IMG/VR virus record: IMGVR_UViG_3300021598_001257
Direction: 5' to 3' (one strand)
Source: an uncultured virus (IMG/VR IMGVR_UViG_3300021598_001257)
Lineage: Duplodnaviria; Heunggongvirae; Uroviricota; Caudoviricetes
Length of the DNA stretch: 64,000 nt
In this document: in pieces, positions 1 to 8,981 of the stretch
How positions within the stretch are numbered: the first letter of the stretch is position 1
How the letters are laid out: the number at the start of each line of letters is the position of its first letter
Made by a program: the position numbers and the translations under genes
The notes under the pieces: generated by a model
Database searches by the model: none
Told to the model about the DNA's origin: nothing
What the model saw: only the letters and a program-made list of their open reading frames with translations

Positions 1-2
1 GT

Positions 3-413
3 TGTCAGGGTTCAACATTTTCATTTGCACCTTTTGTAATTGGTAATGGAAATGGAAGCCAAGATCCCGAACAATTTCCTTCATACTCTGGTAATGCTGG
101 AGTATCAATGGGATTTAATATTCCTTTGGATGGATCATTACAAGAATTATGTAAAGCAAGAGCTAGAGTTGAAATTTCAAGACAACAAGCAGAAGCAGAC
201 AAAGCACGACTTGATTTTGAACTTGTGAGATTATTAAAGTGTGGTGAGGCAAAGAAATCTGGTATTGATTTCTTTCCAGCAAGTCCTTACTATAAAGTTT
301 GTGCAGATATTAACGTAGTAGTTCCCGAACAAACTCCTACCTATAACGATGATTTAATTGATATGTACAAACAAATGTCCAAGAAGATAGATGGAACCAA
401 TCAACCCAATTGA
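3..413 (+). CDS. hypothetical protein, 5'-truncated by window edge
   Basis: Frame is open from position 3 (CQGSTFSFAPF...) through the listed ORF 108..413. Confidence 0.7.
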   Translation, partial: CQGSTFSFAPFVIGNGNGSQDPEQFPSYSGNAGVSMGFNIPLDGSLQELCKARARVEISRQQAEADKARLDFELVRLLKCGEAKKSGIDFFPASPYYKVCADINVVVPEQTPTYNDDLIDMYKQMSKKIDGTNQPN

Positions 414-1281
414 TACTAATCAAGTAAGGATAATCGGAAATAATCCGATTAATGTACCCAATTCAAACATTAATCGGATTTCTGGTCCTTCTGTAATTCC
501 AACAGTAGATAAACCAATTCTTCAACAAATAAATGCGCCAGTTGTTCGTGGTCTTGAAGTTCCTGTTATAAATGCACCAAATACAACTATCCAATATCCA
601 GTTGTAAGAGTTCCTACTCAAGCAGAATTTGATGCTGCTGTAAAAAACAATCAAAAACAACAGGAACAACAACCTGCAGAAAAATCAAGAGGACTACCAG
701 ATCCTACCCCTGCCCCTCAACTGCCTCCATCTGTTCAAACCCCTGCTATTCAAACTCCTGTTATTGAAACTCCCAAACAGATTGCGGAAGTTCCTGCAGA
801 TTTACCCAAACCTACCTTTACAGTCCTTGGAGCCGATATTAATTTACCTGATCCTTCTCTTGTTGCTACGGCTGGTGCTGTCGCAGTAGTCACAACTGCT
901 GCGACAATGGCATCATCAGCGGTTCTCAATATATTAAAGAACGCTGCAGAACCATTTATAAAAGAAGCAACAAAGAATAAGTTCAAAATTAAAATCAAAC
1001 AGGTCAAACCTGTTCTACATTATGTAATGGCAGAAGCAGGTCACATTGATATCTTCGAATACTCTGCGGAGGGAACAAGACTAGTTGCACAAACAGATAA
1101 TGTGGAACAGTATATTCGTGATGAAATTGAAAAGAATACTTTATATGAAATAGAAAATAAAGTTATTATCGACGAACCAGTAAAAGATAAATTCACAAAA
1201 GAGGGGCAAGAAAGATTTAAATCTCTCTATGCCGCTCCTAAGAAAATTGCTAAAAAATTATCTGCTCGCTTGTCTTTTTGA
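391..1281 (+). CDS. hypothetical Pro-rich protein with a central hydrophobic segment
   Basis: 296-aa ORF, P/Q-rich linker, hydrophobic LVATAGAVAVVTTAAT. Confidence 0.75.
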   Translation: MEPINPIDTNQVRIIGNNPINVPNSNINRISGPSVIPTVDKPILQQINAPVVRGLEVPVINAPNTTIQYPVVRVPTQAEFDAAVKNNQKQQEQQPAEKSRGLPDPTPAPQLPPSVQTPAIQTPVIETPKQIAEVPADLPKPTFTVLGADINLPDPSLVATAGAVAVVTTAATMASSAVLNILKNAAEPFIKEATKNKFKIKIKQVKPVLHYVMAEAGHIDIFEYSAEGTRLVAQTDNVEQYIRDEIEKNTLYEIENKVIIDEPVKDKFTKEGQERFKSLYAAPKKIAKKLSARLSF

Positions 1282-1698
1282 TTCCAGTAAAGCAAAATCT
1301 TTTTTCTTTGTGCCACCAGAATATTCCCAAGCAAATCCCTCATCAATCATCATTTGATTGACTGATTTCTTTTTATTGACTGCGGATACTTCCTTATCAC
1401 CAATAAACAAATGTCCCAGAATTCTTCCGTACTTTTCGGTAGAATCTGGGAGTTCTGTTTTAACAATAATATCTTCCTGACCTTCTAACTTTTTCTTGAG
1501 CCATTCTTTAACTTCAAGACCAAGTGTTTTCTCTTTGAGATCAGTTGTTCTGCTCTCTGGGGTATCGACACCAGCAAGACGAATTCGCTTAGTAAGGGAG
1601 ATATCAAAACCAAGATCAATAGCAGCGTCAATAGTATCACCATCTACGACTTTAAGAACTGACTTGATTCTATAAATGTACGGATCTTTGTCTGCCAT
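1258..1698 (-). CDS. thermonuclease (SNase-like)
   Basis: VVDGDTID, IRLAGVDTPE and KYGRILG motifs. Confidence 0.9.
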   Translation of the reverse strand: MADKDPYIYRIKSVLKVVDGDTIDAAIDLGFDISLTKRIRLAGVDTPESRTTDLKEKTLGLEVKEWLKKKLEGQEDIIVKTELPDSTEKYGRILGHLFIGDKEVSAVNKKKSVNQMMIDEGFAWEYSGGTKKKDFALLESKRQASR

Positions 1699-1910
1699 TA
1701 GAAAGGAAACTTAATACTCCCTGTATTTAGTTTAGGAATAGGTAGTTTCTCAAATGCTTTATTGACTTGATTTTCAACAACCTTACCAACAAACTGTTCT
1801 GGATTGTTGAGGATTGCTTCTGCTTTCTTATAAGTCACATAAGCACCATAACAAAGTGCTCCACTAATGAGAAGACTTGTCGTTGATAGAATGATTGCTA
1901 AATTTTTCAT
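1698..1910 (-). CDS. hypothetical membrane-anchored protein
   Basis: 70-aa ORF, N-terminal hydrophobic helix, stop/start coupled to the next gene. Confidence 0.7.
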   Translation of the reverse strand: MKNLAIILSTTSLLISGALCYGAYVTYKKAEAILNNPEQFVGKVVENQVNKAFEKLPIPKLNTGSIKFPF

Positions 1911-2013
1911 CTTTCATTTCCTCGTGTGCTAATCGTAATATGTAGTAAATCACATATAAAGTAAAAATAAGACCACAACCTAATATTGTAATCACTCCCC
2001 AAGGCAATTCCAT
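1864..2013 (-). CDS. small membrane protein (49 aa)
   Basis: Hand translation MELPWGVITILGCGLIFTLYVIYY...; ATG overlaps the upstream stop. Confidence 0.55.
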   Translation of the reverse strand: MELPWGVITILGCGLIFTLYVIYYILRLAHEEMKDEKFSNHSINDKSSH

Positions 2014-2759
2014 CAATATTTACCTTCAGTGCAATACTCCACTTTCTTGTTTGGGTAATAAGGATATTTACCTTCTTGTGGTTTCATCCATCCACACCCA
2101 ATCAACCAATCCATAGTCATTGGTGTTGGACGAATTTGATCCCACAGAGGACCTTTGGAACACATCTCTAACTTTTCAGCAGTTACATTTGATTGTTCTT
2201 CTGCCCAGTTAGCATCTGCTTCCCAAGGGACTGCACGACTTTGCATCATAGACTCATAAGTTAGTCTTGTAGTCTTCATAATCCAAGCAGGAATTTCACT
2301 ATCCTGATGCACTTGTGCCATAAATGAAGTTTGCAATCCACCACCCATACAATCTTGAACTACGTGCCATCCCTCATGTCTCATTGTTCCAAGAAACTCT
2401 CTTGGATCTTTGAGAAGAGTTTCATTCACAAAGAAACGATTGTAGTTTGGTTTATATAATCCTACTGTTCTTGGAGTAAAGTATCTTTCTGGTGCAACAT
2501 ACACAGGAACATTTACACCATCAAGAGCAGTAATAATTTTTTTTAGTTCTTCTCTAAATGGATCAAAGTCTGGATCTTTTAATAACTCAGAATCTACTGT
2601 GAGTTTTTCTACACCCTCAGTACATTCTAGAAGTATCATACAACCCATTGCAGCAGCACTGTATGGTTTTACTGTTGGTTGTGTTGGTGCTAAAGAACTA
2701 GCAATAGCCGGAAATGTTAAGGTTAACGATAAACCAATTGTTGTTAGGATTTTCTTCAT
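2013..2759 (-). CDS. putative secreted zinc metallopeptidase-like protein
   Basis: Signal-peptide-like N-terminus, HEGWH (HExxH), downstream WEADA glutamate. Confidence 0.7.
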   Translation of the reverse strand: MKKILTTIGLSLTLTFPAIASSLAPTQPTVKPYSAAAMGCMILLECTEGVEKLTVDSELLKDPDFDPFREELKKIITALDGVNVPVYVAPERYFTPRTVGLYKPNYNRFFVNETLLKDPREFLGTMRHEGWHVVQDCMGGGLQTSFMAQVHQDSEIPAWIMKTTRLTYESMMQSRAVPWEADANWAEEQSNVTAEKLEMCSKGPLWDQIRPTPMTMDWLIGCGWMKPQEGKYPYYPNKKVEYCTEGKY

Positions 2760-2956
2760 TCATCCCACCATCCTTCTTGTTTATGTATCCAGACTTTCAA
2801 ATCTTTTACATACTTTCTCAAAATCTGGGCTTGTTCTTCATGCCAAAAATCACCCGTCTCCATAAAAAGACGGGTGTGATTATCTATAGCTTTGAGTATT
2901 TGGTGGATGGGAGCATTCCAACACTCTCGTTTAGGAGTGTTCCATTCTCTTGGCAT
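2756..2956 (-). CDS. hypothetical protein
   Basis: 66-aa ORF with ATGA overlap to the next gene. Confidence 0.7.
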   Translation of the reverse strand: MPREWNTPKRECWNAPIHQILKAIDNHTRLFMETGDFWHEEQAQILRKYVKDLKVWIHKQEGWWDE

Positions 2957-3059
2957 TGGTATGTAAATGTGTAAATTTGTTTATTATCTAAAAAATCAGT
3001 TTGGCATAAATCAGGACCAACTATCATATGTCCCACAACAGTCAAAGTCACAAATTCAA

Positions 3060-3176
3060 TCATTTTTTCTTGCCACCATTTTTTGCCTTTTTAGCATTGG
3101 CATTCCCAGAGTTCTGCTTTTTATTATTAGCAGAACCTGCGCTACCTTTTTTACCTTTGTTTGCTGACTTTGACAT
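3060..3176 (-). CDS. small basic K/N/G-rich protein (38 aa)
   Basis: Hand translation MSKSANKGKKGSAGSANNKK...; start overlaps the upstream stop. Confidence 0.5.
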   Translation of the reverse strand: MSKSANKGKKGSAGSANNKKQNSGNANAKKAKNGGKKK

Positions 3177-3523
3177 TATGCTCCTGTGCGAGGTGTGACT
3201 TGACCCTCTTCAAGTGCCTCAACTCTCTCTTCAAGGGTTGGTTCTGGTGCAGCAACTTCGGGTGCTGGTGGTTCTGGTGGTGCTTCTGCAACCACTTCTC
3301 TACGTGGTTCTTCTTTTTTTTCATCTTCATCATCACCCTTATTCTTCAATGTATTAATACCAAAGGTAGCAGCAGATGCGGTGAAAACAGTAGCAATAAA
3401 AGTGGGGTCCATCTTAGCGAGGGCCCCAGCATAACTAGCAGTAAGAAGAGCGGCAGACCAACCCAAAATCGCAATACGAATAACAGTACTCATACATTTT
3501 TCCTTTTTGTTTGGTGTTTCCAT
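3176..3523 (-). CDS. two-TM membrane protein, possible holin
   Basis: Two hydrophobic helices and a charged tail; directly downstream of the lysozyme. Confidence 0.6.
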   Translation of the reverse strand: METPNKKEKCMSTVIRIAILGWSAALLTASYAGALAKMDPTFIATVFTASAATFGINTLKNKGDDEDEKKEEPRREVVAEAPPEPPAPEVAAPEPTLEERVEALEEGQVTPRTGA

Positions 3524-3540
3524 TTGTTCCTAGTGTGAGG

Positions 3541-4123
3541 TTAACCTTTTTTCCAAGCTTCACCTTCTGCTTTTCTTCTACGTGCTAGTCCTGCTTCTAC
3601 GTTAGAACCAGGGTTGCGGTAGAGATAAAGCGCATCGGGAACTAAATCCCATTCTTTATTCTTCAGGCGTTTAGTAATAGTATTAAAGTTATCGCCACCG
3701 TAAAAACCGGCACCAAGATTATAAGCAAAGCTGAGCAGAGCGCCTCTTTTTCTGTTGAGTTAGAGTATCTCCAAGTTTAAAGTGTGAACCATCCTTCTTG
3801 CGAGTTGATCCCCAACCAATTGTGATTGGGAGTCCACCTGTGAGAGGATCGGGGTATGCTTTGAGATGACATCCCTCAAACTCTTTGATGAGTTTTAATC
3901 CCATCATTGGCACATCATCACCACCTGTTACAGGAGCTGCAGCAGCGGGAGCGGATGCCGGTGCAGCACTATTCTTTTTTCCCCTATAGATCTCCGCCCA
4001 ATCAATATTATCTTCTAGATATTTGACTGGGAGGTTATCTTCTAACCACTGAACTGCTTTAACGTGGTTTGGATTCTTCTCATCATAGAATTTGAAGAAG
4101 TTATGTAGATCTATTCTTGCCAT
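3541..4123 (-). pseudogene. GH24 phage lysozyme, broken by a frameshifting deletion near 3750 (possible assembly artefact)
   Basis: IKEFEG..AYPD...TIGWG in one frame; the C-terminal KRGALLSFAYNLG...GLARRRKAE is in another frame ending at 3541. Confidence 0.85.
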
Positions 4124-4221
4124 TGTTGTCTCCGAAATAACGTTGATAAAGTTCGTTTGCTTCTATATGCTTACCATGATTTGTAAGTTCTCTAATCACT
4201 TTAAGCATTTTTGCTTTAAAT

Positions 4222-4893
4222 CTAGTCGAAGATTCTTCCCCACCCATCGTTTCCTCCTGGACACCAGCGGTGCTTAAGAACTGCTTTGGTATAGATCGTT
4301 TTCTTACCGTTAGTCACAGGACCAGTATAGTTATCGTTCAGAGAACCATATGGATCGTTGACATAGTATCCTTTACCATCTGGAGTCTTACCAATCACAA
4401 CACACATGTGTCCACCAGTGGGCGAAGTTAAAGAACCTCTGTGGAGAATGCCAATAACAACTGGTTTACCTCTATCAAGGCTTTTATCAATATCACTAAA
4501 ACTAAGATTATAACTAAAGTGAGATTTAATACCATAACCAGACAGAACTTTTGTCTGTACCGCATGGTCGGTTGTATCACCGATGGCAAATACTTTCTTA
4601 ACATATTCATCATCACCTTTAATGCTACCTGGCTTGAGGAAAGCAAGACACATAGCACATGATGAACTGTTACAAGTTCTTTGTGCGTCTCTATAGTTGT
4701 CTACTTGATTGAAATATGGAACATCAAGTACTGCAGGAGTTGGTGGTTTGGTTCTGAACATACCAATCCAATCTGTTTCTGCATCATCTAAAAATTGAGC
4801 GGGAAGATTATCTTCTAACCACTGAACCGCAGATACATGGTTCGTATTACTATCATCATAAAATTTAAAAAAGTTATGAAGATCTAGGGTCAT
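4222..4893 (-). CDS. C39-like cysteine peptidase
   Basis: VPYFNQ..TCNSSSCAM (Cys), GGHMCVVIG (His), VNDPYG (Asp). Confidence 0.85.
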   Translation of the reverse strand: MTLDLHNFFKFYDDSNTNHVSAVQWLEDNLPAQFLDDAETDWIGMFRTKPPTPAVLDVPYFNQVDNYRDAQRTCNSSSCAMCLAFLKPGSIKGDDEYVKKVFAIGDTTDHAVQTKVLSGYGIKSHFSYNLSFSDIDKSLDRGKPVVIGILHRGSLTSPTGGHMCVVIGKTPDGKGYYVNDPYGSLNDNYTGPVTNGKKTIYTKAVLKHRWCPGGNDGWGRIFD

Positions 4894-4917
4894 GGATTAT
4901 CTCTATAAACACTAACG

Positions 4918-4925
4918 TATTTATA
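4918..4925 (-). promoter_or_regulatory. T4-type late promoter TATAAATA
   Basis: Exact TATAAATA upstream of the C39 peptidase; also seen at 26328, 29114, 29898, 35960, 42551, 48092 and 57871. Confidence 0.7.
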
Positions 4926-4950
4926 AAAAAAGCGCCCTTTTGGGCGCTTT
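4925..4950 (-). terminator. intrinsic terminator
   Basis: AAAGCGCCC-AAAA-GGGCGCTTT followed by a T tract. Confidence 0.75.
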
Positions 4951-4958
4951 GATTATTT

Positions 4959-5486
4959 TCAAGCAGTAACAGTTTCTCGCACTGTAGATTTTACATAATC
5001 GAGAACCATTTCTGGAGTAGTCGCTTCATAAGGGTCGGTGTCTGCGTTGTCCCGTTGCCCCACCTCAACGAATAGTTTTTCGATGATTCCGTTATCCACG
5101 ACCGCAGCATAACGCCAAGAGCGATCACCGAAACCAAGGTTAGACTTGCTGACGAGCATACCCATAGAACGTGTGAAATATGCATTTCCGTCTGGAATGA
5201 GTTTTACATTCTTGATGTTCTGATCCTGGGCCCAGGCATTCATCACAAACCCATCATTAACAGAGATGCAGTAAATAGCGTCGATGCCACTACCAATAAA
5301 GTCATCGTATTTCTCTTCGAATCCAGGAAGCTGATAGGCACTGCAAGTAGGAGTGAAAGCACCAGGCAGACTAAACAAGACCACACGCTTTCCATTGAAT
5401 AGTTCTGAAGTGGTACGAGTTACAAATTCCCCATTCTCACGAAATACAAATTGTACTTGTGGGACTTCGTATTGTTCTTTACGCAT
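4959..5486 (-). CDS. peroxiredoxin (Prx5/Redoxin family)
   Basis: SLPGAFTPTCS and SVNDGFVMNAW; GGAGG RBS before MRKEQ. Confidence 0.92.
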   Translation of the reverse strand: MRKEQYEVPQVQFVFRENGEFVTRTTSELFNGKRVVLFSLPGAFTPTCSAYQLPGFEEKYDDFIGSGIDAIYCISVNDGFVMNAWAQDQNIKNVKLIPDGNAYFTRSMGMLVSKSNLGFGDRSWRYAAVVDNGIIEKLFVEVGQRDNADTDPYEATTPEMVLDYVKSTVRETVTA

Positions 5487-5497
5487 TTTAACCTCCA

Positions 5498-5605
5498 TCA
5501 CCAAATACCAGGAATAATTTGACCAGTAAGGGCATAAGAACCCATTGCGGCAACAATACCAATCATTGCTGCCCAACCATTAATACGTTCTGCGCGTTCG
5601 TTCAT
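5498..5605 (-). CDS. hli: high light-inducible protein
   Basis: Hand translation MNERAERINGWAAMIGIVAAMGSYALTGQIIPGIW (ExxNGxxAMxG). Confidence 0.92.
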   Translation of the reverse strand: MNERAERINGWAAMIGIVAAMGSYALTGQIIPGIW

Positions 5606-5617
5606 TGTTTTTCTCCT

Positions 5618-5800
5618 TTATTTTACTTTAGAATAGATAGATGTTTCACCATAGTCACGGTGAATTTTGTAACCAACAACTGCACCCTTAGTATTCATCA
5701 GGGCAGGCATAAAAACAATTGTAAAGAATACTGCTGGTGCTCCAATAAAGAGAGCAGCAACAATTACATAATAAGTCAGCAGTTCAATCAAGTCAGGCAT
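5618..5800 (-). CDS. small single-TM hypothetical protein
   Basis: MPDLIELLTYYVIVAALFIGAPAVFF... Confidence 0.7.
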   Translation of the reverse strand: MPDLIELLTYYVIVAALFIGAPAVFFTIVFMPALMNTKGAVVGYKIHRDYGETSIYSKVK

Positions 5801-5903
5801 TGTAAGGATGTTGTTGTTTAAGTTCAGGATTTGGTTGTGAAGGAACAACTGGGTTCCTTGACTTGTTTTTGATTACGATGAAAGCATCGTTTTCCAGGAG
5901 TGC

Positions 5904-6197
5904 TCACAGGTTTTCTTCCTGCTCAGTAAGAATTACACAATCACTGGTTGGATATGCTACACAAGTAAGAACCCAACCATCAGCAATCTGGTCATCATCA
6001 AGAAACGATTGTTCTTCATTGTCTACAGTTCCCGAAATAAGTTTACCTGCACAGGCACTACAAGCACCTGCTTTACAAGATGAGGGAAGATCTACCCCTG
6101 CTTCTTCTGCTGCTTCAAGAATGTATTGGTCATCTTGACATTCAATTGTAGTTTCAGTGCCATCAGGGGATTGGAGAGTGACATTAAAAACGGTCAT
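5904..6197 (-). CDS. petF: plant-type 2Fe-2S ferredoxin
   Basis: [13 protein letters not shown]...VLTCVAYP. Confidence 0.95.
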   Translation of the reverse strand: MTVFNVTLQSPDGTETTIECQDDQYILEAAEEAGVDLPSSCKAGACSACAGKLISGTVDNEEQSFLDDDQIADGWVLTCVAYPTSDCVILTEQEENL

Positions 6198-6283
6198 TAG
6201 TAAGTCTCACAAAGTTTTTCTACGGATGCTGCCAACAGAACGAAGAAGGCAACTGAAGTCATTGTAAAGATAATTGAAGTCAT
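6197..6283 (-). CDS. small hydrophobic peptide (28 aa)
   Basis: [28 protein letters not shown]; stop overlaps the petF start. Confidence 0.5.
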   Translation of the reverse strand: MTSIIFTMTSVAFFVLLAASVEKLCETY

Positions 6284-6292
6284 TGTCAACCC

Positions 6293-6502
6293 TCAGAGGA
6301 TCCCGAAGAAAAGTTTTCCTGTCAATGCATATGAAATAATTGCCGACAAAAATCCAATCATCGCAGTGCGTCCATTTAAACGCTCAGCTTTCTCAGCATA
6401 AGGTTCGATACCATAACGCTCAAGGTCTTCCTTGGTCATATACATTGCAGGTTCTTTAGCAAACATATTCATTTGCCCGAACTCATTTTTGGTTACAGTC
6501 AT
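6293..6502 (-). CDS. hli: high light-inducible protein with HliA/B-type N-terminal extension
   Basis: AERLNGRTAMIG motif; N-terminal NEFGQMNMFAKEP. Confidence 0.9.
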   Translation of the reverse strand: MTVTKNEFGQMNMFAKEPAMYMTKEDLERYGIEPYAEKAERLNGRTAMIGFLSAIISYALTGKLFFGIL

Positions 6503-6626
6503 TTTTCGTTTTATTACGAATTATTACACAATTATATAGGAAATCTTAAGAGGTGTCAAGTCACTGTGTCAGGAAGTCAAAAAAAGACCACCCTAAGGTG
6601 GTCTGATTTAATTTATGAGTGAATTA

Positions 6627-8093
6627 TCAGAACTTGAAGGTAGTCTGGACTACACCACCCCAGTTAGAGGAGTTATCAGCAAGGCGCTGATTATCGCTAG
6701 CATAGAAGATAGCAGGGGTGACGCTGATGTTATCAGACACTTGATACTTATAGAAAATCTCAAGCATCGTGGACTTCTCAAGGTTTTCGCCAGTAGGTGC
6801 CTGACCGACAGCAACGCCAGCGGTGTTACCCTTAGCAAATACATCTGCCCACTGGAGACCAGCGAACCAGGACTGACTATCAGTAGCATCGCTAGCAGTT
6901 CCACTCACGGTGTTCCAACCATAACCAGCAGAGATAGCAGGGATAATACCAGACTTCTCAGGCTCCCAATATGCGTTCAGAGCATAACCGTTGGAGGTTT
7001 GACCAGGGACCAGAGTACCCGAAGCACCATCAATACCGTTGTAGGTGCGAACACGAGTGCCTTCAGTACCATAACGATAACCGAATGCAACACCGTAGTT
7101 CTTACCACGATAACCGATTTGTGTAAGAGTATTCAGAGCACCAGTCTCATCAAATACACCAGTCTCACTATCGCTACCATTTTGAGCAACGTAGTTTACA
7201 CCAGCAACAAGACCTTTCTTACCATACTGAACACCGAAACCAGCACCAGTTGCCTTGTTATAGACACCAGGAGTACCAGCAACAGCAAAGAAATCAAGAA
7301 TACCAGACTTATAAGCAGAAGGAACCCAGGCAATCTCAGTGTTACGAACTGCAGCACCAGCAGTCAGAGTTGCTTTGTTATTGAAAGCAGGGAACTGATA
7401 GAACAGACGGTCGATAACTACATTGTTACCAACTTCACTGGTGGTGTTATCTGCCTTATCCAGTTTGAACAGGGAAGAGCTGGAACCAAAAGGATTGCTA
7501 CTAAAGTTAGAAGAACGCAGACGAGTGCGAAGTAGATCTTGACCAGTAAACGAAGTATCTAGGTTCAGGCGCAGATCATAATTAAATGCTGCGTGGGTTA
7601 CAGTACCGTCTTTGGCTTGATAACCATCGACATTACCGAGTACAAAGTTTGTTTCACCACGCAGTTTAGTAGTGGTGGAGAATTGAGTTGCTCCAAGAGA
7701 ACCAACAACGCTCTCCAGTCCATCTACACGACCTTGAAGAGTAGTGAGCTCATTGCGGAATTCATCAGCAAGACGCTTGAGTTCATCAGTATTTTCAGTT
7801 ACACGGTCAAGACAAGCATTCAGAAGTGCTGCTGCCTCATAACGGGTCATTGCACGACTACCACCAAAGGTGCCGTTTGCATAACCAGCAACGCAACCAT
7901 AACGCTCTACAAGGTTGCTGAGTGCCTGATATGCCCAATCAGTGGGTTGCACATCAGAAAGTTGATTGACGCTTGTAACTTGCTCAGAGGAATATTGGTT
8001 GACTGCTGCCATGTTAAGGTCTGCCGCATTCGCAGCAACAGGAGCAACCATTCCCAGAGCAACAGGTGCAAGCATCAGTTGTTTGAGTTTCAT
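6627..8093 (-). CDS. som: cyanobacterial outer-membrane porin (SomA/SomB type, SLH plus beta-barrel)
   Basis: Signal peptide, SLH motif DVQPTDWAYQAL..LVERYGC, MTRYEAAA, QFSTTTKL, C-terminal TTFKF. Confidence 0.93.
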   Translation of the reverse strand: MKLKQLMLAPVALGMVAPVAANAADLNMAAVNQYSSEQVTSVNQLSDVQPTDWAYQALSNLVERYGCVAGYANGTFGGSRAMTRYEAAALLNACLDRVTENTDELKRLADEFRNELTTLQGRVDGLESVVGSLGATQFSTTTKLRGETNFVLGNVDGYQAKDGTVTHAAFNYDLRLNLDTSFTGQDLLRTRLRSSNFSSNPFGSSSSLFKLDKADNTTSEVGNNVVIDRLFYQFPAFNNKATLTAGAAVRNTEIAWVPSAYKSGILDFFAVAGTPGVYNKATGAGFGVQYGKKGLVAGVNYVAQNGSDSETGVFDETGALNTLTQIGYRGKNYGVAFGYRYGTEGTRVRTYNGIDGASGTLVPGQTSNGYALNAYWEPEKSGIIPAISAGYGWNTVSGTASDATDSQSWFAGLQWADVFAKGNTAGVAVGQAPTGENLEKSTMLEIFYKYQVSDNISVTPAIFYASDNQRLADNSSNWGGVVQTTFKF

Positions 8094-8183
8094 AAAAATT
8101 GTTTATGTACTATAGGACGAATGTTAAGAATTACAACTGAATTCTTAAGTACTTATTTAGTGTACTGATTTTTTTTAGATTTG

Positions 8184-8981
8184 TCAAGTATTTTGTTGAG
8201 ATGAAGAATTTTCAACTACTCGACCTAAGTAAGGATTATAATCCATAAGTTCATCGATTGTTATATCAGAACCTTTTTGGCTCCAATGATTATATTGGCC
8301 TTCATAATTCCCCCTATGGAAAGCATCAATATGATCTGGATGAATAGAAGATCCCAGTTCAATTCTATAAAGAAGAAGTGGTAGAGAATACGTATTACCC
8401 GAATTATAAATCAAATCATCGGCAACAGGGCGAGGTTTAACTCCATTATCAAGTTTATACTTGTTATCTCTTACATGGAACTTAAGTAGTTTTTCTGCAT
8501 GATGACGAGTTATAAGATAACAAGCTGTAGAAAATTCATTTACAAATCTTTTATGTACTTTTATGTGAACGTCACCCGTACATATAATAGCTATTTGCAT
8601 CACATCCCAATCATATGGAATTCTGCAGTAAAAATCATTCCAAGTAAAATTCCAAAACTTGACAAGATCTAAATTACAATCATCTTCCATAATGACTGCA
8701 TATGGACTATTTGATGTTTCATACCAATGTTTAATGGCTTTTAGATGAGAAGTTACGCACCCAATTTCACCAGAAGACATCATCTCAGGGTATCTTCCTT
8801 TAATAATGCCACTCAAATCATCTTCTCTACCATCATAGGCAGAAATGCGAGTATAGTTTTCGATTTCCCAATATTTAAATTGGTCTTCCATATACTGACG
8901 CCTTTCTGGTTGACCATCGAGATTCAAGTAATAAATCGGACCAATTCCATTTAATTTATATGCTGATTTGTTTTTATCCAT
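8184..8981 (-). CDS. glycosyltransferase family 25
   Basis: YYLNLD..ERR, GEIGCVTSH, IMEDD. Confidence 0.88.
   Translation of the reverse strand: MDKNKSAYKLNGIGPIYYLNLDGQPERRQYMEDQFKYWEIENYTRISAYDGREDDLSGIIKGRYPEMMSSGEIGCVTSHLKAIKHWYETSNSPYAVIMEDDCNLDLVKFWNFTWNDFYCRIPYDWDVMQIAIICTGDVHIKVHKRFVNEFSTACYLITRHHAEKLLKFHVRDNKYKLDNGVKPRPVADDLIYNSGNTYSLPLLLYRIELGSSIHPDHIDAFHRGNYEGQYNHWSQKGSDITIDELMDYNPYLGRVVENSSSQQNT

Noticed and set aside
3719..3760. Programmed frameshift in the lysozyme (and in uvsX near 44757)
   Set aside because: Coding sequence is missing at both junctions, so a shift would not restore the proteins
5487..5576. Upstream extension of the peroxiredoxin ORF
   Set aside because: It overlaps the real hli gene; the RBS supports the start at 5486
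6615..8168. Long + strand ORFs (306 aa and 191 aa) opposite the porin
   Set aside because: Antisense shadows of a strongly codon-biased gene; S/T/I-rich with no motifs
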